64,000 nt of DNA from a virus: IMG/VR virus record IMGVR_UViG_3300024253_000006; one strand, given 5' to 3'. A program made the translations under genes and the position numbers. Shown one piece after another: positions 1 through 9,429 of the stretch; the first letter of the stretch is position 1, and every line of letters starts with the position of its first letter. The notes beneath the pieces are model-generated. The model was not told the origin of the DNA, did not search any database, and worked only from the letters and a program-made list of their open reading frames with translations.

Positions 1-192
1 TATTTGAACATACCGGGATGGGAAGAGGTGCGTCTTGCACCCATTGAAAGGGATGCAGCGGGGACGAACTATATACAATTAGGGGCTCCGTATAATCCCA
101 TTACCGGCGACTATTATACATCGTACCTGGTGTATACATTTTTTGACCGGCAGGATGTACTGCAAAATATTCCAAAACCGAAGCCATGGTAA
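1..192 (+). CDS. 3' fragment of a hypothetical protein entering from outside the window
   Basis: Open frame from the window edge to TAA at 192, followed by an AGGAG SD for the next gene. Confidence 0.5.
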   Translation, partial: YLNIPGWEEVRLAPIERDAAGTNYIQLGAPYNPITGDYYTSYLVYTFFDRQDVLQNIPKPKPW

Positions 193-204
193 GGAGATGC
201 AAAC

Positions 205-789
205 ATGAAAAAGAAAACGAGTGCGATTTGCCTTGGAATGATTTTCTTTGTTATTACTTGTGTTGACCTATATGCCCAAAACGGCTATAAAGATTATAGC
301 TGGGGCATGACAATTACACAGGTTAAGGGGAAGTGCTCTGATCTTAAGATATATGATGATACTTACTGGCCAATACCATCATACGCGATTATGTATATCT
401 ATCATGATGAAATAGAATCAATAGTGCCCGATCCGTTGGAACAGGAACATGAAGCCGTTTCAGCATATACGTCTGAAAAGAAGGATCTAAAATTTTATTT
501 TGTCAACAAGAAACTCGTTGCTGTTGAACTGCACTTCTCTCAGGCGAATATACTAAAAGAGCTGGAAAAGGAATATGGAGAGATATCGCCTGTTGATGGT
601 GCGCATGGGGGATATAGATATAAGACCGCTGCCTGGAATAGCACAAAGCGTGTCATTGTTTGGGACAGCCCCGGATATGGCATGGAAACAGTAACCTATG
701 TAGATGGCAATTGGCTTACTCCACTAATGAACAAAACAATCTCTGCTTATCGAAAAGAAAAAGATAGTGTAACATCACGGCTTGATTGA
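205..789 (+). CDS. Secreted/periplasmic hypothetical protein
   Basis: 194 aa; SD AAGGAG; N-terminal KKK plus hydrophobic stretch and LYA-Q signal-peptidase-I-like site. Confidence 0.7.
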   Translation: MKKKTSAICLGMIFFVITCVDLYAQNGYKDYSWGMTITQVKGKCSDLKIYDDTYWPIPSYAIMYIYHDEIESIVPDPLEQEHEAVSAYTSEKKDLKFYFVNKKLVAVELHFSQANILKELEKEYGEISPVDGAHGGYRYKTAAWNSTKRVIVWDSPGYGMETVTYVDGNWLTPLMNKTISAYRKEKDSVTSRLD

Positions 790-1494
790 GCTGTCTGAGC
801 TCATAAGCCCGTGGTAAATTTCGTTGATTCTCTCAAGATACCCCGGTGTCGTGTCGTCGGGGTTTTTAATGCCCTTCTTGGAATATTCCAGCCGCGCCTG
901 CGCAACCGCCTCACCCCATGCCCTCTGCCGCCCCTCAAGCTTCGCCATCGCGGCATCATAAAGAGGAGAAGTTATATTTTCTTCATATTCTCCGTGGCAA
1001 TAGCCAATCATGTAACCCTCTAAAATAACCTCCTCGGGATCGTCATAATCAAGGAATCCGGTGTCAAGAGCATCTCTTTGGGGGAAGGTCGGGTGCCGTA
1101 TCGCTTCATCAATATCACATAGTGGAAAATCAGTACATTTCCTTTGGCATGGCATACGGCATACCGTTTTGACTTTCTTAGCTCCGAATTCTTTAAGATA
1201 TAATAGATTACATACTTGAGCGTTATAGAGGGCCTCATAAAAGTAAGCCCCATGCTCGAATAAAAATCGGGAATATTCATAATACGCCAGTCTCAGGTCT
1301 TGATAGTCTATTTGAGACGATTTGTTGATGGAATCTATCAGTACCGAGAAGACGATATTTATTTTACTGAATTCAGGGAGCCCGGAGCAAGATTTCTCAG
1401 TATTGTATAAGGCGATACCATCCCAGAAGAGCTGGCGGTCCGAAGCTAAAGACCAAGTGGCAGGTTCTGTTATGTCAAAATAATAATTCAACAT
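775..1494 (-). CDS. Hypothetical Cys-containing protein whose C-terminal ~50 aa duplicate the MuF-like protein C-terminus
   Basis: 239-aa ORF; YDAAMAKLEGRQRAWGEAVAQAR...GYLERINEIYH is shared with 21124..23454. Confidence 0.7.
   Translation of the reverse strand: MLNYYFDITEPATWSLASDRQLFWDGIALYNTEKSCSGLPEFSKINIVFSVLIDSINKSSQIDYQDLRLAYYEYSRFLFEHGAYFYEALYNAQVCNLLYLKEFGAKKVKTVCRMPCQRKCTDFPLCDIDEAIRHPTFPQRDALDTGFLDYDDPEEVILEGYMIGYCHGEYEENITSPLYDAAMAKLEGRQRAWGEAVAQARLEYSKKGIKNPDDTTPGYLERINEIYHGLMSSDSSIKP
811..960 (-). repeat. 150-bp inverted repeat copy of 23293..23442
   Basis: Manual alignment gives 8 mismatches in 150 nt. Confidence 0.95.
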
Positions 1495-1637
1495 TTATCT
1501 ATCGTTCTTTATTTCTTTCCGATTTGTCGGGAATGGGATTATTTTATTTGAATTCGCCCCAGTACTAATCCTTTCTTTGCCAAGAACCACTGATTTATTC
1601 AAGATGTGCAGATGAAATGATAAATCAAGTCTTGGCA

Positions 1638-1859
1638 TTATAACCCCGAAGCCAATGCCTCCGGTGCGTTGGCGGTTATCTTTAATTCTTCAGTTCTGAG
1701 CCGAATGCCTTCTTCAACCAACATTTCCAAATAATAATTCAATGGTAAATTTGCGCACATACGATCCTGCGTCTTAAGCTTTTCTATTCTTTCTTTCAGG
1801 TCAGCCGTGCAACGAATAGTTATATTCTCAGCCTTCCCTTGATTAACCATCTTTGACAT
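1638..1859 (-). CDS. Ribbon-helix-helix (Arc/CopG-like) regulator, putative repressor
   Basis: NITIRCTADLKERIEKL strand-then-helix pattern; SD GGAGGGA upstream; divergent from the early operon. Confidence 0.65.
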   Translation of the reverse strand: MSKMVNQGKAENITIRCTADLKERIEKLKTQDRMCANLPLNYYLEMLVEEGIRLRTEELKITANAPEALASGL

Positions 1860-1930
1860 TCCTTCCCTCCTGTCAATTCATTGTAATCGAGAAAATGAAA
1901 AAAAGAAAATAAAAAGTTGCATTTTTTGTA

Positions 1931-1959
1931 TTGACAAGTGAGTCAAAGTAAGTTAATGT
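1931..1959 (+). promoter_or_regulatory. Sigma70-type early promoter with overlapping inverted-repeat operator candidate
   Basis: TTGACA (1931-36), 17-nt spacer, TAATGT (1954-59); TTGAC-N6-GTCAA palindrome at 1931-1946. Confidence 0.6.
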
Positions 1960-1966
1960 AAGTTCT

Positions 1967-2140
1967 ATGAAACAAAGAAGAGTAGTGGCAAGGATCAAAG
2001 ATCAAACAATTACTATCCGTATAGATTCAGAAACTAAGTCTAAAGTCGTGGAAATGGCACAAAAAGAACATAGAACATATTCGCAGCAACTTCTTTATTT
2101 GGTTGATATTGCACTGAAAGCAAAGGAGAACGCCTCATGA
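1967..2140 (+). CDS. Ribbon-helix-helix (Arc-like) regulator, Cro-equivalent position; not in the ORF track (57 aa)
   Basis: MKQRRVVARIKDQTITIRIDSETKSKVVEMAQKEHRTYSQQLLYLVDIALKAKENAS; stop overlaps the next ATG (ATGA). Confidence 0.7.
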   Translation: MKQRRVVARIKDQTITIRIDSETKSKVVEMAQKEHRTYSQQLLYLVDIALKAKENAS

Positions 2141-2457
2141 TTATTGAAATTGACTCAGAAGTTTTGTCCTCCGTCTTTTCAGCAATTGACCGCAACCATG
2201 ACAAATGGTGGTTCTCGATAGACGACTGTGCGCTCGCGTGGGGGTTCGAAAGGACCTATTTCTATCGCCGTAGGTTTCTGCTGCCGAACTTCGGTGTCTT
2301 TGATGATCCCGATCATCACGCCTTCAGTCGGGAATCCTTTATGAAATGGGTCACGGTTCCCCTAACAAAACACGCCCAGGAATGGACGGCGTTGTCGGCG
2401 GATGAACGCAGAAAGATAGAAAAACATCAGGTGCCGAAAGGAATCACCGTAAAATGA
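2137..2457 (+). CDS. Hypothetical protein, possibly DNA-binding
   Basis: 106 aa, SD AAGGAG, translationally coupled on both sides. Confidence 0.6.
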   Translation: MIIEIDSEVLSSVFSAIDRNHDKWWFSIDDCALAWGFERTYFYRRRFLLPNFGVFDDPDHHAFSRESFMKWVTVPLTKHAQEWTALSADERRKIEKHQVPKGITVK

Positions 2458-2681
2458 TTACATGTCCCTACAAAAATTGTGGTTTTTCCTTCGATCTTGA
2501 AGGAAAGAAACTCGTCTACGAAAAATACGGCTATTCATGCTTTTGCCCGAAATGCGGGCGACCGATCCTTTTGACCCGACAAGCACAACTGAAGCACGGG
2601 AAAATACATATGTCGAAGAAAGAACGTCTCAAACTGCGTAAGGAGGAGCGTGGAAGAGCTGAAAAACCGCTTGGTGCTTAA
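2454..2681 (+). CDS. Small Zn-finger protein
   Basis: CPYKNC...CPKC and basic C-terminus; ATGA overlap. Confidence 0.6.
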   Translation: MITCPYKNCGFSFDLEGKKLVYEKYGYSCFCPKCGRPILLTRQAQLKHGKIHMSKKERLKLRKEERGRAEKPLGA

Positions 2682-2699
2682 AGCATTGAGCGATTTGCC

Positions 2700-3170
2700 T
2701 TGCGGCCCACGGTGTTTCGGCCCGGAGCCCCAGGGTTTTGTTATCGTGGTTGGACAGGAAAGGAGCTTTCCTTTGAAAACATATTCCGGTGTCGGCGATG
2801 CAGACGGAGTCTTAAAAACAAAAAGTCCATTGAACGTGGATATGGGCCTGAATGCTGGAGCATGGTGAAAGAGCAGCCCTTGCTTATCCCGGAAGTCGAA
2901 ATAGTCGATTCGAAAGGACATGGTATGACACGTCATATTTCAGTATTGGTTACCTATCATAACATTTCGTTTGAAGTCACCGGAGAATACGAAAAATATC
3001 AACCAGGTGTTCCCTATTTACAAAATGGGGATCCCGGGAATGCGCCAGAAGGCGGCTCAATCGAAGATATGGATATTCTGTACGACGGGCTCTCCTTCTA
3101 TGATGTCCTGTCCGATTTTGCGATAGCCGAGATTAGAGAGGCCGCCGAAAAGGAAGCCCAAAATGCTTAA
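2700..3170 (+). CDS. Phage protein with DUF6011-like Zn motif
   Basis: CRRCRRSLKNKKSIERGYGPECW; exact start uncertain. Confidence 0.55.
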   Translation: MRPTVFRPGAPGFCYRGWTGKELSFENIFRCRRCRRSLKNKKSIERGYGPECWSMVKEQPLLIPEVEIVDSKGHGMTRHISVLVTYHNISFEVTGEYEKYQPGVPYLQNGDPGNAPEGGSIEDMDILYDGLSFYDVLSDFAIAEIREAAEKEAQNA

Positions 3171-3348
3171 GTGTATGGGATTGGTCCATGGCAGCCCTGG
3201 TACGAAACAGTGTGAGGAATGCACCAAATTAGTAATGACCACGAAAACCGAAAACAATGAAAAGACAAGGTGGATCGTAAAGCCCGTATATCCCTGCGCT
3301 GAGTTCAGTCGGCGCGGAAAATTCAGTAAAAGGAGAGTCGTCATATGA
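3163..3348 (+). CDS. Small Cys-containing hypothetical protein
   Basis: 61 aa, overlaps neighbours, CEEC motif. Confidence 0.5.
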   Translation: MLKCMGLVHGSPGTKQCEECTKLVMTTKTENNEKTRWIVKPVYPCAEFSRRGKFSKRRVVI

Positions 3349-4244
3349 AGAATGAGGCTGATTTCCTGGAGAATATGTTACAGGAACAGGCAGAAGAATT
3401 GGGCGCGACAGTATTATTCGACGATCATGGAGCTCCGATTCTGGCAATTGCTGTGCCACGTTTTAATCTTGAGGATTTTGACCCCATGCTTGGATCAGGG
3501 CCTCATCCTGCTTTCATCCGTGCCGATGGCAGTCTGCGTGATAAATTTTATGCTGCTTATGACGTAGCTTCGACAAACAGGGATTATGTTTTCAACATGC
3601 CAGGTTTGCCTGCCAGAGGCGATGTCACCTTTGATGAGGCTCGCGCGCTGTGCAGTGCCATGGGTCCCGGCTGGCACCTGACGAACGCCTGGGAGTGGTC
3701 CGCGATGGTGATGTGGATACTGATGCAAGGGAGAAATCCATTTAAATACAGCCTAATTGAATGGATTGATGGCATGAAGATGGTGGATGGCGCTCCCTAT
3801 TACCCTAATGTAAATGATATCGGTTTGCCTGAATCGGAATGGCCACTCCAGGGAATTTACATTGACGCCGACAGGGATGAACACGCCGTACTTTCAGACA
3901 CAGTAGAGCATTACTTGGGGCCGAAGGGCTCCGATGCCCACGATAATTATGGCTCAGTGGTTTGGTCTGATATGGGAATCCATCATAAAGGCTATGATGC
4001 CCTCCCTGAGACAACCAAGTTGCGTGTAATGCAAATAATGTTGGCACCGTCAAAAAGGCTGGCAGAAGAAACATCGGGAATATTTTATTTTCGTAACTAT
4101 GGCGAGCGTTTCCCGCTCCGCGGTGGCGACTGGAGCCATGGCGCGAATGCTGGTCTGGCTTATCTGGCTCTGAGTAATCGCCGCGCGAACTCGGACTACA
4201 ACATCGGGTTCCGTCCCGCTTTTGTTGAGGACTCTGGTGTCTGA
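3345..4244 (+). CDS. DGR target protein 1 (FGE-sulfatase/C-type-lectin fold, Mtd-like paralogue), remote
   Basis: PRFNLED..GPHPAF, GWHLTNAWEWSA, C-terminal RNYGERFPLRGGDW...IGFRPAF; contains VR1. Confidence 0.9.
   Translation: MKNEADFLENMLQEQAEELGATVLFDDHGAPILAIAVPRFNLEDFDPMLGSGPHPAFIRADGSLRDKFYAAYDVASTNRDYVFNMPGLPARGDVTFDEARALCSAMGPGWHLTNAWEWSAMVMWILMQGRNPFKYSLIEWIDGMKMVDGAPYYPNVNDIGLPESEWPLQGIYIDADRDEHAVLSDTVEHYLGPKGSDAHDNYGSVVWSDMGIHHKGYDALPETTKLRVMQIMLAPSKRLAEETSGIFYFRNYGERFPLRGGDWSHGANAGLAYLALSNRRANSDYNIGFRPAFVEDSGV
4106..4220 (+). repeat. DGR variable repeat VR1
   Basis: Versus TR 59033..59147: 9 mismatches at TR adenines, 4 elsewhere (all synonymous). Confidence 0.9.
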
Positions 4245-4288
4245 TTATCCAGAATCTGAAAAAGGGCTGCCCAAAAAGGAGCTGTAAC

Positions 4289-4597
4289 ATGATTATAGCA
4301 AGGAATAATATAGACGGGCAAGCGTCTTTAGCGAGCCTGCCCGCAGCATGGGAGCGGCGTTTTCCGCTATGCGAGAATCCACGGAGTATCCTTCGCCACG
4401 AAGCTGAGTACATATTTTCGAAAATCAAACCGAAAATCACTTGGGCGTGGACAGGATGTGAGTATCAGATTATTTGGATTGGAAACCCAAAAGCTACAAT
4501 CATTCCCTACCGGGCAGATCCCGCGACATTCAGGCCCGTCTCCTTCAATGATTATCTGCATTGGTATGGCTTGCAAATTAAAGAGGTAAAACGATGA
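4289..4597 (+). CDS. Hypothetical protein
   Basis: 102 aa, SD AAGGAG, ATGA-coupled to the next gene. Confidence 0.6.
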   Translation: MIIARNNIDGQASLASLPAAWERRFPLCENPRSILRHEAEYIFSKIKPKITWAWTGCEYQIIWIGNPKATIIPYRADPATFRPVSFNDYLHWYGLQIKEVKR

Positions 4598-5616
4598 GCG
4601 AGCCTATTCTAAAACTCGAAGGTGATGCCTTTGAGGCAATTGCCGATACCCGAGAATTGACCCACGAGCAATGGTTAGACCTGCGCCGAACCGGTCTTGG
4701 TGGGGCCGATTCTGGCGCAGTCATGAATATGAACCCCTACTCCAGCCGGTTCATGGTTGCGCTTGATAAATACGGCAAGATCCCACCCAAAGAGGAAACC
4801 GATGCCATGAGGCATGGCAAACGTATGGAGCCAATACTCCGGAGAGAGTTCGTCGATGTTTTTAAAGAGGCAACGGGATGTACCGTGGAGGTTTCAGGGT
4901 CTCCCTGGATGTACCGCTCGAAGCTGTATCCGTGGATGCTTGCTGACATCGATGGTGTTATAAAATTGCCTCCTGAAGGGTACACAACACCCGATGGGAT
5001 TCACCTCGAAGGCATTGGGGGGATGGAATGCAAAGCCGTTTCGTTTGGGAAAGAGTGGAAAGATGACAGCGTGCCCGACAACTACTATTGCCAAGACACA
5101 CACTATATGACCGTTCTCGGGTTCAAGTGGATCATGATGCCTGTCCTCATTATAAATAGGATCGAATTCCGCGTGGTACCGTTGAATTATGAATTTCAGG
5201 CAAAGCTGATTGAGACCGAGCGAGAGTTTTGGAACGATATCATCCTCAAAGGCGAAATCCCGTCACCTGACGGAGTGGATGATGAGGATACATATATCTC
5301 CATGCTGTACCCAGCCCAAACGGAGACTATCGCGCAGCTGCCCGCCGACCTGGAGCACTTGGGACACAGGTATTTGGAACTCATAGAGGCCGAAAACTCA
5401 ATAAAAGGAGAGAAAGAACAGATAAAATCAAAATACAAGCTTGCCATGGGTAATTCGAAGATTGGAATGACTGGAGTAATAGAGGCTGTTTGGAATCGGT
5501 ATCAGAAAAGACAATTCAATAAAGACGCATTTAACCGCTCATATCCCGGGGTCTATGAGACATTTTCCACGCTCGTTCCGGCGGATCGCTTCACAATCAA
5601 AAGGAGATCGGTATGA
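4594..5616 (+). CDS. YqaJ-like viral recombinase-associated exonuclease
   Basis: WLDLRRTGLGGADSGAVM, HGKRMEP, PWMLADIDG, ECK, YYCQDTHYM. Confidence 0.9.
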   Translation: MSEPILKLEGDAFEAIADTRELTHEQWLDLRRTGLGGADSGAVMNMNPYSSRFMVALDKYGKIPPKEETDAMRHGKRMEPILRREFVDVFKEATGCTVEVSGSPWMYRSKLYPWMLADIDGVIKLPPEGYTTPDGIHLEGIGGMECKAVSFGKEWKDDSVPDNYYCQDTHYMTVLGFKWIMMPVLIINRIEFRVVPLNYEFQAKLIETEREFWNDIILKGEIPSPDGVDDEDTYISMLYPAQTETIAQLPADLEHLGHRYLELIEAENSIKGEKEQIKSKYKLAMGNSKIGMTGVIEAVWNRYQKRQFNKDAFNRSYPGVYETFSTLVPADRFTIKRRSV

Positions 5617-6860
5617 AATTAATTGGATTGTCCATTAACGGACTGCGGAAAATCAGGGCCGCTGAATTGGATTTTGATGGACGGGCATTAGTGCAGATAA
5701 AAGGCCGGAATGGCGCTGGAAAGTCTACCATCATCGATGCAATTAAATATCTGCTAAGGGGGAGCAGGGAAATTCCTGCCGGCGTGGTAAGCCACGGCAT
5801 AGCTGACGAATCAGTCATTATCGGAAGAATCAATGACTATACCGTTCGGCGCGTTATCAAAGACGATGGGAAAAGCCTCCTGTCGATCGAGAAGGATGGG
5901 AATAAGATGGGCCGTCCACAGGAATTTCTCGACGCAATCAGCGGTCAATTTTTGGATCCTGAGTATTTTATGAATCTATCACCAGCAGAGAAGCGAGCAA
6001 TGGTTGTGAGGATGGCCGGCCTAGATTTTAGCGAGATCGATTCCCAAATTACTACTGCCGAACAGGACAGGCTGGTAAAAGGGCGGGCCCTAAAGGCTAT
6101 TGGAATACCGGAAGCCGTGGAAAGGGTTGATGCTGTTTCGCTTTCCGACCTCGTAAAAGAACGCAACAAAATTGAAGCCTACAATGCGACGCAACGTGAT
6201 TTACAAGCGGCTTATGGTGCTTTTGTTGGCAATCTAATACATAGGATTATCAAGGAATTTGACGGCGTTACCTCCATGGATGCCATAGGGCTCGCCCTTG
6301 GCCGCGGTATGGATATTTACGAAAGAGGCAAGCTGGGGACGCCGCCTATGGCGCAGCCTGAGAAGTCCTATGCCGAAATTGATGAGCGCATCGCGAACGC
6401 GGAAGCTTTGAACGAGCAAGCCAGACAGTACGAGGCGTACCTCGCGAAGGTTAAACAGAGGGAGAGCGCTGAGGAAGCCTACAATGCCGCACAGTCCACC
6501 GTAGAACATCTTCGGGGAGTGCGGGACGACATGATGAACACCGCTCATGTGCCGATCAAAGGGTTGAAAATCACAGAGACTGGACTGGAATACAAGGGTG
6601 CCTCCTGTGAAAACTGGTCAACATCGGAGAGCCTTAAAATATCCCTCATGCTTGCCGTCGCATACTCAGGGGATTTGAGGACCGTCTATATCAAACGTGG
6701 TGAAGCGTTTGACAGGAATTCCTTGGCATCCATAAAGGAATTTGCTGAAAAGCATGATGTCCAAATCATTATGGAAATTGTCGATGACAGCTATTCTGAC
6801 GACGAAGATGGGATAATTTGGCTCGAAGAAGGCCAAATCGTGAAAGCGAAAAAGGAATAA
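5613..6860 (+). CDS. SMC/Rad50-like AAA ATPase
   Basis: Walker A GRNGAGKST near the N-terminus, coiled coil, C-terminal WSTSESLK signature-like motif. Confidence 0.8.
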   Translation: MKLIGLSINGLRKIRAAELDFDGRALVQIKGRNGAGKSTIIDAIKYLLRGSREIPAGVVSHGIADESVIIGRINDYTVRRVIKDDGKSLLSIEKDGNKMGRPQEFLDAISGQFLDPEYFMNLSPAEKRAMVVRMAGLDFSEIDSQITTAEQDRLVKGRALKAIGIPEAVERVDAVSLSDLVKERNKIEAYNATQRDLQAAYGAFVGNLIHRIIKEFDGVTSMDAIGLALGRGMDIYERGKLGTPPMAQPEKSYAEIDERIANAEALNEQARQYEAYLAKVKQRESAEEAYNAAQSTVEHLRGVRDDMMNTAHVPIKGLKITETGLEYKGASCENWSTSESLKISLMLAVAYSGDLRTVYIKRGEAFDRNSLASIKEFAEKHDVQIIMEIVDDSYSDDEDGIIWLEEGQIVKAKKE

Positions 6861-6862
6861 CT

Positions 6863-7438
6863 ATGAAAGTCGCATGGATCGATGTTGAAACAACCGGACT
6901 CGATTGTACACGGCACGGGATTATTCAGGTCGCCTTCATTGTAGAAATCGACCACAAAATTATCACTAGAGCTGATTTTCGTATGAACCCCGTCGGGAAA
7001 GAGATAGATCCCGGAGCAATGGAGATACACGGTATTTCGTCTGACGAGCTGGAGGCATATCCTCCCTGTGCGTCCGTTAAAGCGAAAATTGAAAGCTTTT
7101 TGGGACAATTCGTCAACAAGTTTGATCGACAGGATAAACTTGTGCCCGCTGGTTACAATGTAGATTTTGATCTGGGATTTATGGAACACTTGTGGCTTGA
7201 TAATGGGGATAAATATTTTTATTCCTGGTTTGAGCGTGTTCCACTGGATGTCTATAGGGATCACAGATTGATGGAGTACGCCGGCCTCGTGCGCGTCCCC
7301 GCCAATAGAAAGCTTGAGACAATGGCTGAAATGTATGGAATTGCAATGCCGAACGCGCACGACGCTGCGGTGGATATCGACACTACATACAAGATTGCAG
7401 AGATCATGCTGAAAAAGATCAAAGGAGAAGCCGTATGA
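6863..7438 (+). CDS. DEDDh 3'-5' exonuclease (DnaQ-like)
   Basis: WIDVETTG, AGYNVDFD, AHDAAVD. Confidence 0.9.
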   Translation: MKVAWIDVETTGLDCTRHGIIQVAFIVEIDHKIITRADFRMNPVGKEIDPGAMEIHGISSDELEAYPPCASVKAKIESFLGQFVNKFDRQDKLVPAGYNVDFDLGFMEHLWLDNGDKYFYSWFERVPLDVYRDHRLMEYAGLVRVPANRKLETMAEMYGIAMPNAHDAAVDIDTTYKIAEIMLKKIKGEAV

Positions 7439-8445
7439 AAGCAAATGGGACAGATGCTGTTGTAGCAATCAATAAAACAGCCGAACCTCAGAGACCAAAA
7501 ACGTTGAAGCAATTCCTTCTGGATAACAAATCATCCTTTGAGGCCGCGCTGCCTAAAAACACTATCAACGTCGAACGGTTTATCACTGCGGCGGCGATGG
7601 AAATTACGAACAACCCAAAGCTCATGCAGTGCGACCATACCTCCATCATCTTATCTCTGGGTCAGGCGGCGCGTTATGGGCTTGAGACTGGTCCACTCTT
7701 GGGTCAAGCGTGGTTAATTCCGTACAATGAGAATAGGTATATCGATGGGAAGTGGCTGAAGCAGATGGTGTGTCACTTCCAGATCGGATACCGCGGCTTG
7801 ATTGTACTTGCTCGACGCTCGCAGACCATTAAAACAATCAGCGCGGAAATTGTCTACGAGAATGATTTTATCGAGGTTGAGCTGGGCCTGAAGCACTCTT
7901 TGACCCATAAGATAGACATCAGGAAAGAGCGGGGGGAACCTATCGCCTATTACTGTATTGTTGAGCTCGTGAACGGTGGAGTACAGTTTGGTATCATCTC
8001 AAAAGTAGATGCTGAAAAACACAGAGATAAATACAGTAAATCGTATGCGAAAAAGAAGGAAGGCGAAGAATCGGTATGGGACACAAACTTTGACGAGATG
8101 GCTCTGAAAACCATCGTCATTAAAGTTTTGAAGCTGTGCCCGCTCAGCATTGAAGCCCTAGAGGCCGTATCGAGGGCTGAGCGCGAGGACATGATAGATG
8201 TCACCAATGATGACTATACGATAGGAGTTAAACAGGAGCCTAAAAATACTACACCAAAACCTTCAGAACTACCAAAGAACTCTCCGACACCTCCCGAAAA
8301 TAATATCAACAAAGAGCCAAAGGAGGAGGACAATGAAATCATTCCAGGCGTCACAATAATAACAGAAAGGCCCGACGATCAGAATGACATAAATGATACT
8401 GACCCGGCACCGCAAGACGTGCCGGATGAATTGGATATATTCTGA
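7435..8445 (+). CDS. recT: RecT-family single-strand annealing protein
   Basis: AWLIPY, FQIGYRGLIVLARRS, VYEND, W..NFDEMALKTIV; in the same cluster as the YqaJ exonuclease. Confidence 0.9.
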   Translation: MKANGTDAVVAINKTAEPQRPKTLKQFLLDNKSSFEAALPKNTINVERFITAAAMEITNNPKLMQCDHTSIILSLGQAARYGLETGPLLGQAWLIPYNENRYIDGKWLKQMVCHFQIGYRGLIVLARRSQTIKTISAEIVYENDFIEVELGLKHSLTHKIDIRKERGEPIAYYCIVELVNGGVQFGIISKVDAEKHRDKYSKSYAKKKEGEESVWDTNFDEMALKTIVIKVLKLCPLSIEALEAVSRAEREDMIDVTNDDYTIGVKQEPKNTTPKPSELPKNSPTPPENNINKEPKEEDNEIIPGVTIITERPDDQNDINDTDPAPQDVPDELDIF

Positions 8446-9257
8446 TGAAAGCGACAGGGCCCTGCAAAACAGCGTGGATGCCGGAAAAGCATGTGGCGTG
8501 GATACGCCCCAACAAGGAAGATGAGCTGGCTTTCGTGGCTGTGTTCAACGCAATAGCGAAGCGGCATGAAAAGACTGGCACAGACGTTTTCCCTGTAATC
8601 ACCATCCACTTGCCTGAGCGAGAGCGAACCTACAAGCAAAATGATACGCTCTGGGCCTTGATCACTGTTATTTTCCAATCGATGAATGGGCGTAAGCCTA
8701 CGCAGACGGAGAAATACGATCTCTATCTGGATATCCTCGAAGAACACGCAGAAAGAATCCCTACTAGGTTTTCGGGTCGTCTGCGCCCCATCCATATTTC
8801 AGAAAGCGACACCGTGCATGCGGCACAGCTTATTCAGGCGTGTTTCGACATCATTGTTGAATACTGCGACCTAAATGTGGATCTACAATCGGACGTTCGA
8901 AGCCTGTTCTACAAGTGGCATGCGTGGCGCGGTGGCCTCGACAAGGATCCGCTCGACTACGACGAATCCGAAGAGATGAGTGAGAAGGAATGGCGAGAAA
9001 ATCACAAAGTATCCGACGCTTCCGGTATCGGGGGATACCTTGAGAAGGCTCATATTATCTCGCGTGGCGCCGCACCTGGGGCGATTGAATGCCCGTGGAA
9101 TTGGCTTGTACTGACGCATGAGGAACATCAATATCAACATCAATTTGGCTGGAAGGCATTCCTAGAGAAGTATCCACACTTGGCCGGGAGAGTTGAAAGA
9201 GCTCGTTTACTGGTAGGGAAAATGTCATCCGAATGTTCGGAGAGACAACATGCATGA
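8445..9257 (+). CDS. Phage protein with C-terminal HNH-like (DUF968-type) nuclease motif
   Basis: EKAHIISRGA...LVLTHEEHQYQHQFGWKAF; typical position after recombinases. Confidence 0.55.
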   Translation: MKATGPCKTAWMPEKHVAWIRPNKEDELAFVAVFNAIAKRHEKTGTDVFPVITIHLPERERTYKQNDTLWALITVIFQSMNGRKPTQTEKYDLYLDILEEHAERIPTRFSGRLRPIHISESDTVHAAQLIQACFDIIVEYCDLNVDLQSDVRSLFYKWHAWRGGLDKDPLDYDESEEMSEKEWRENHKVSDASGIGGYLEKAHIISRGAAPGAIECPWNWLVLTHEEHQYQHQFGWKAFLEKYPHLAGRVERARLLVGKMSSECSERQHA

Positions 9258-9426
9258 AAATTGTGTTGTGGAGGAGTGTGGTATGCATAGGATTAAATGG
9301 ATAAAGAGTAAGCTTGATAGATGGCTCACACGACATCCCGTAATGATGATTCTTGTGCAAATAGTTTTATCGGCCATATTTGTGTGGTTATTTTGCTTTC
9401 TGTTTTTCTCGACAACAAGGGGGTAG
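9250..9426 (+). CDS. Small membrane protein (58 aa, not in the ORF track)
   Basis: Manual translation gives the hydrophobic stretch VMMILVQIVLSAIFVWLFCFLFF; fills the gap between genes. Confidence 0.4.
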   Translation: MHENCVVEECGMHRIKWIKSKLDRWLTRHPVMMILVQIVLSAIFVWLFCFLFFSTTRG

Positions 9427-9429
9427 ATA

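Noticed and set aside
205-789. Host assignment (for example spirochaete) from the style of the secreted protein
   Set aside because: Impression only; no diagnostic marker in the window.
1-1640. Prophage attachment site or integrase at the left end
   Set aside because: No recombinase motifs or att-like core duplication recognisable within the window; whether 1-789 is host or phage cannot be decided.
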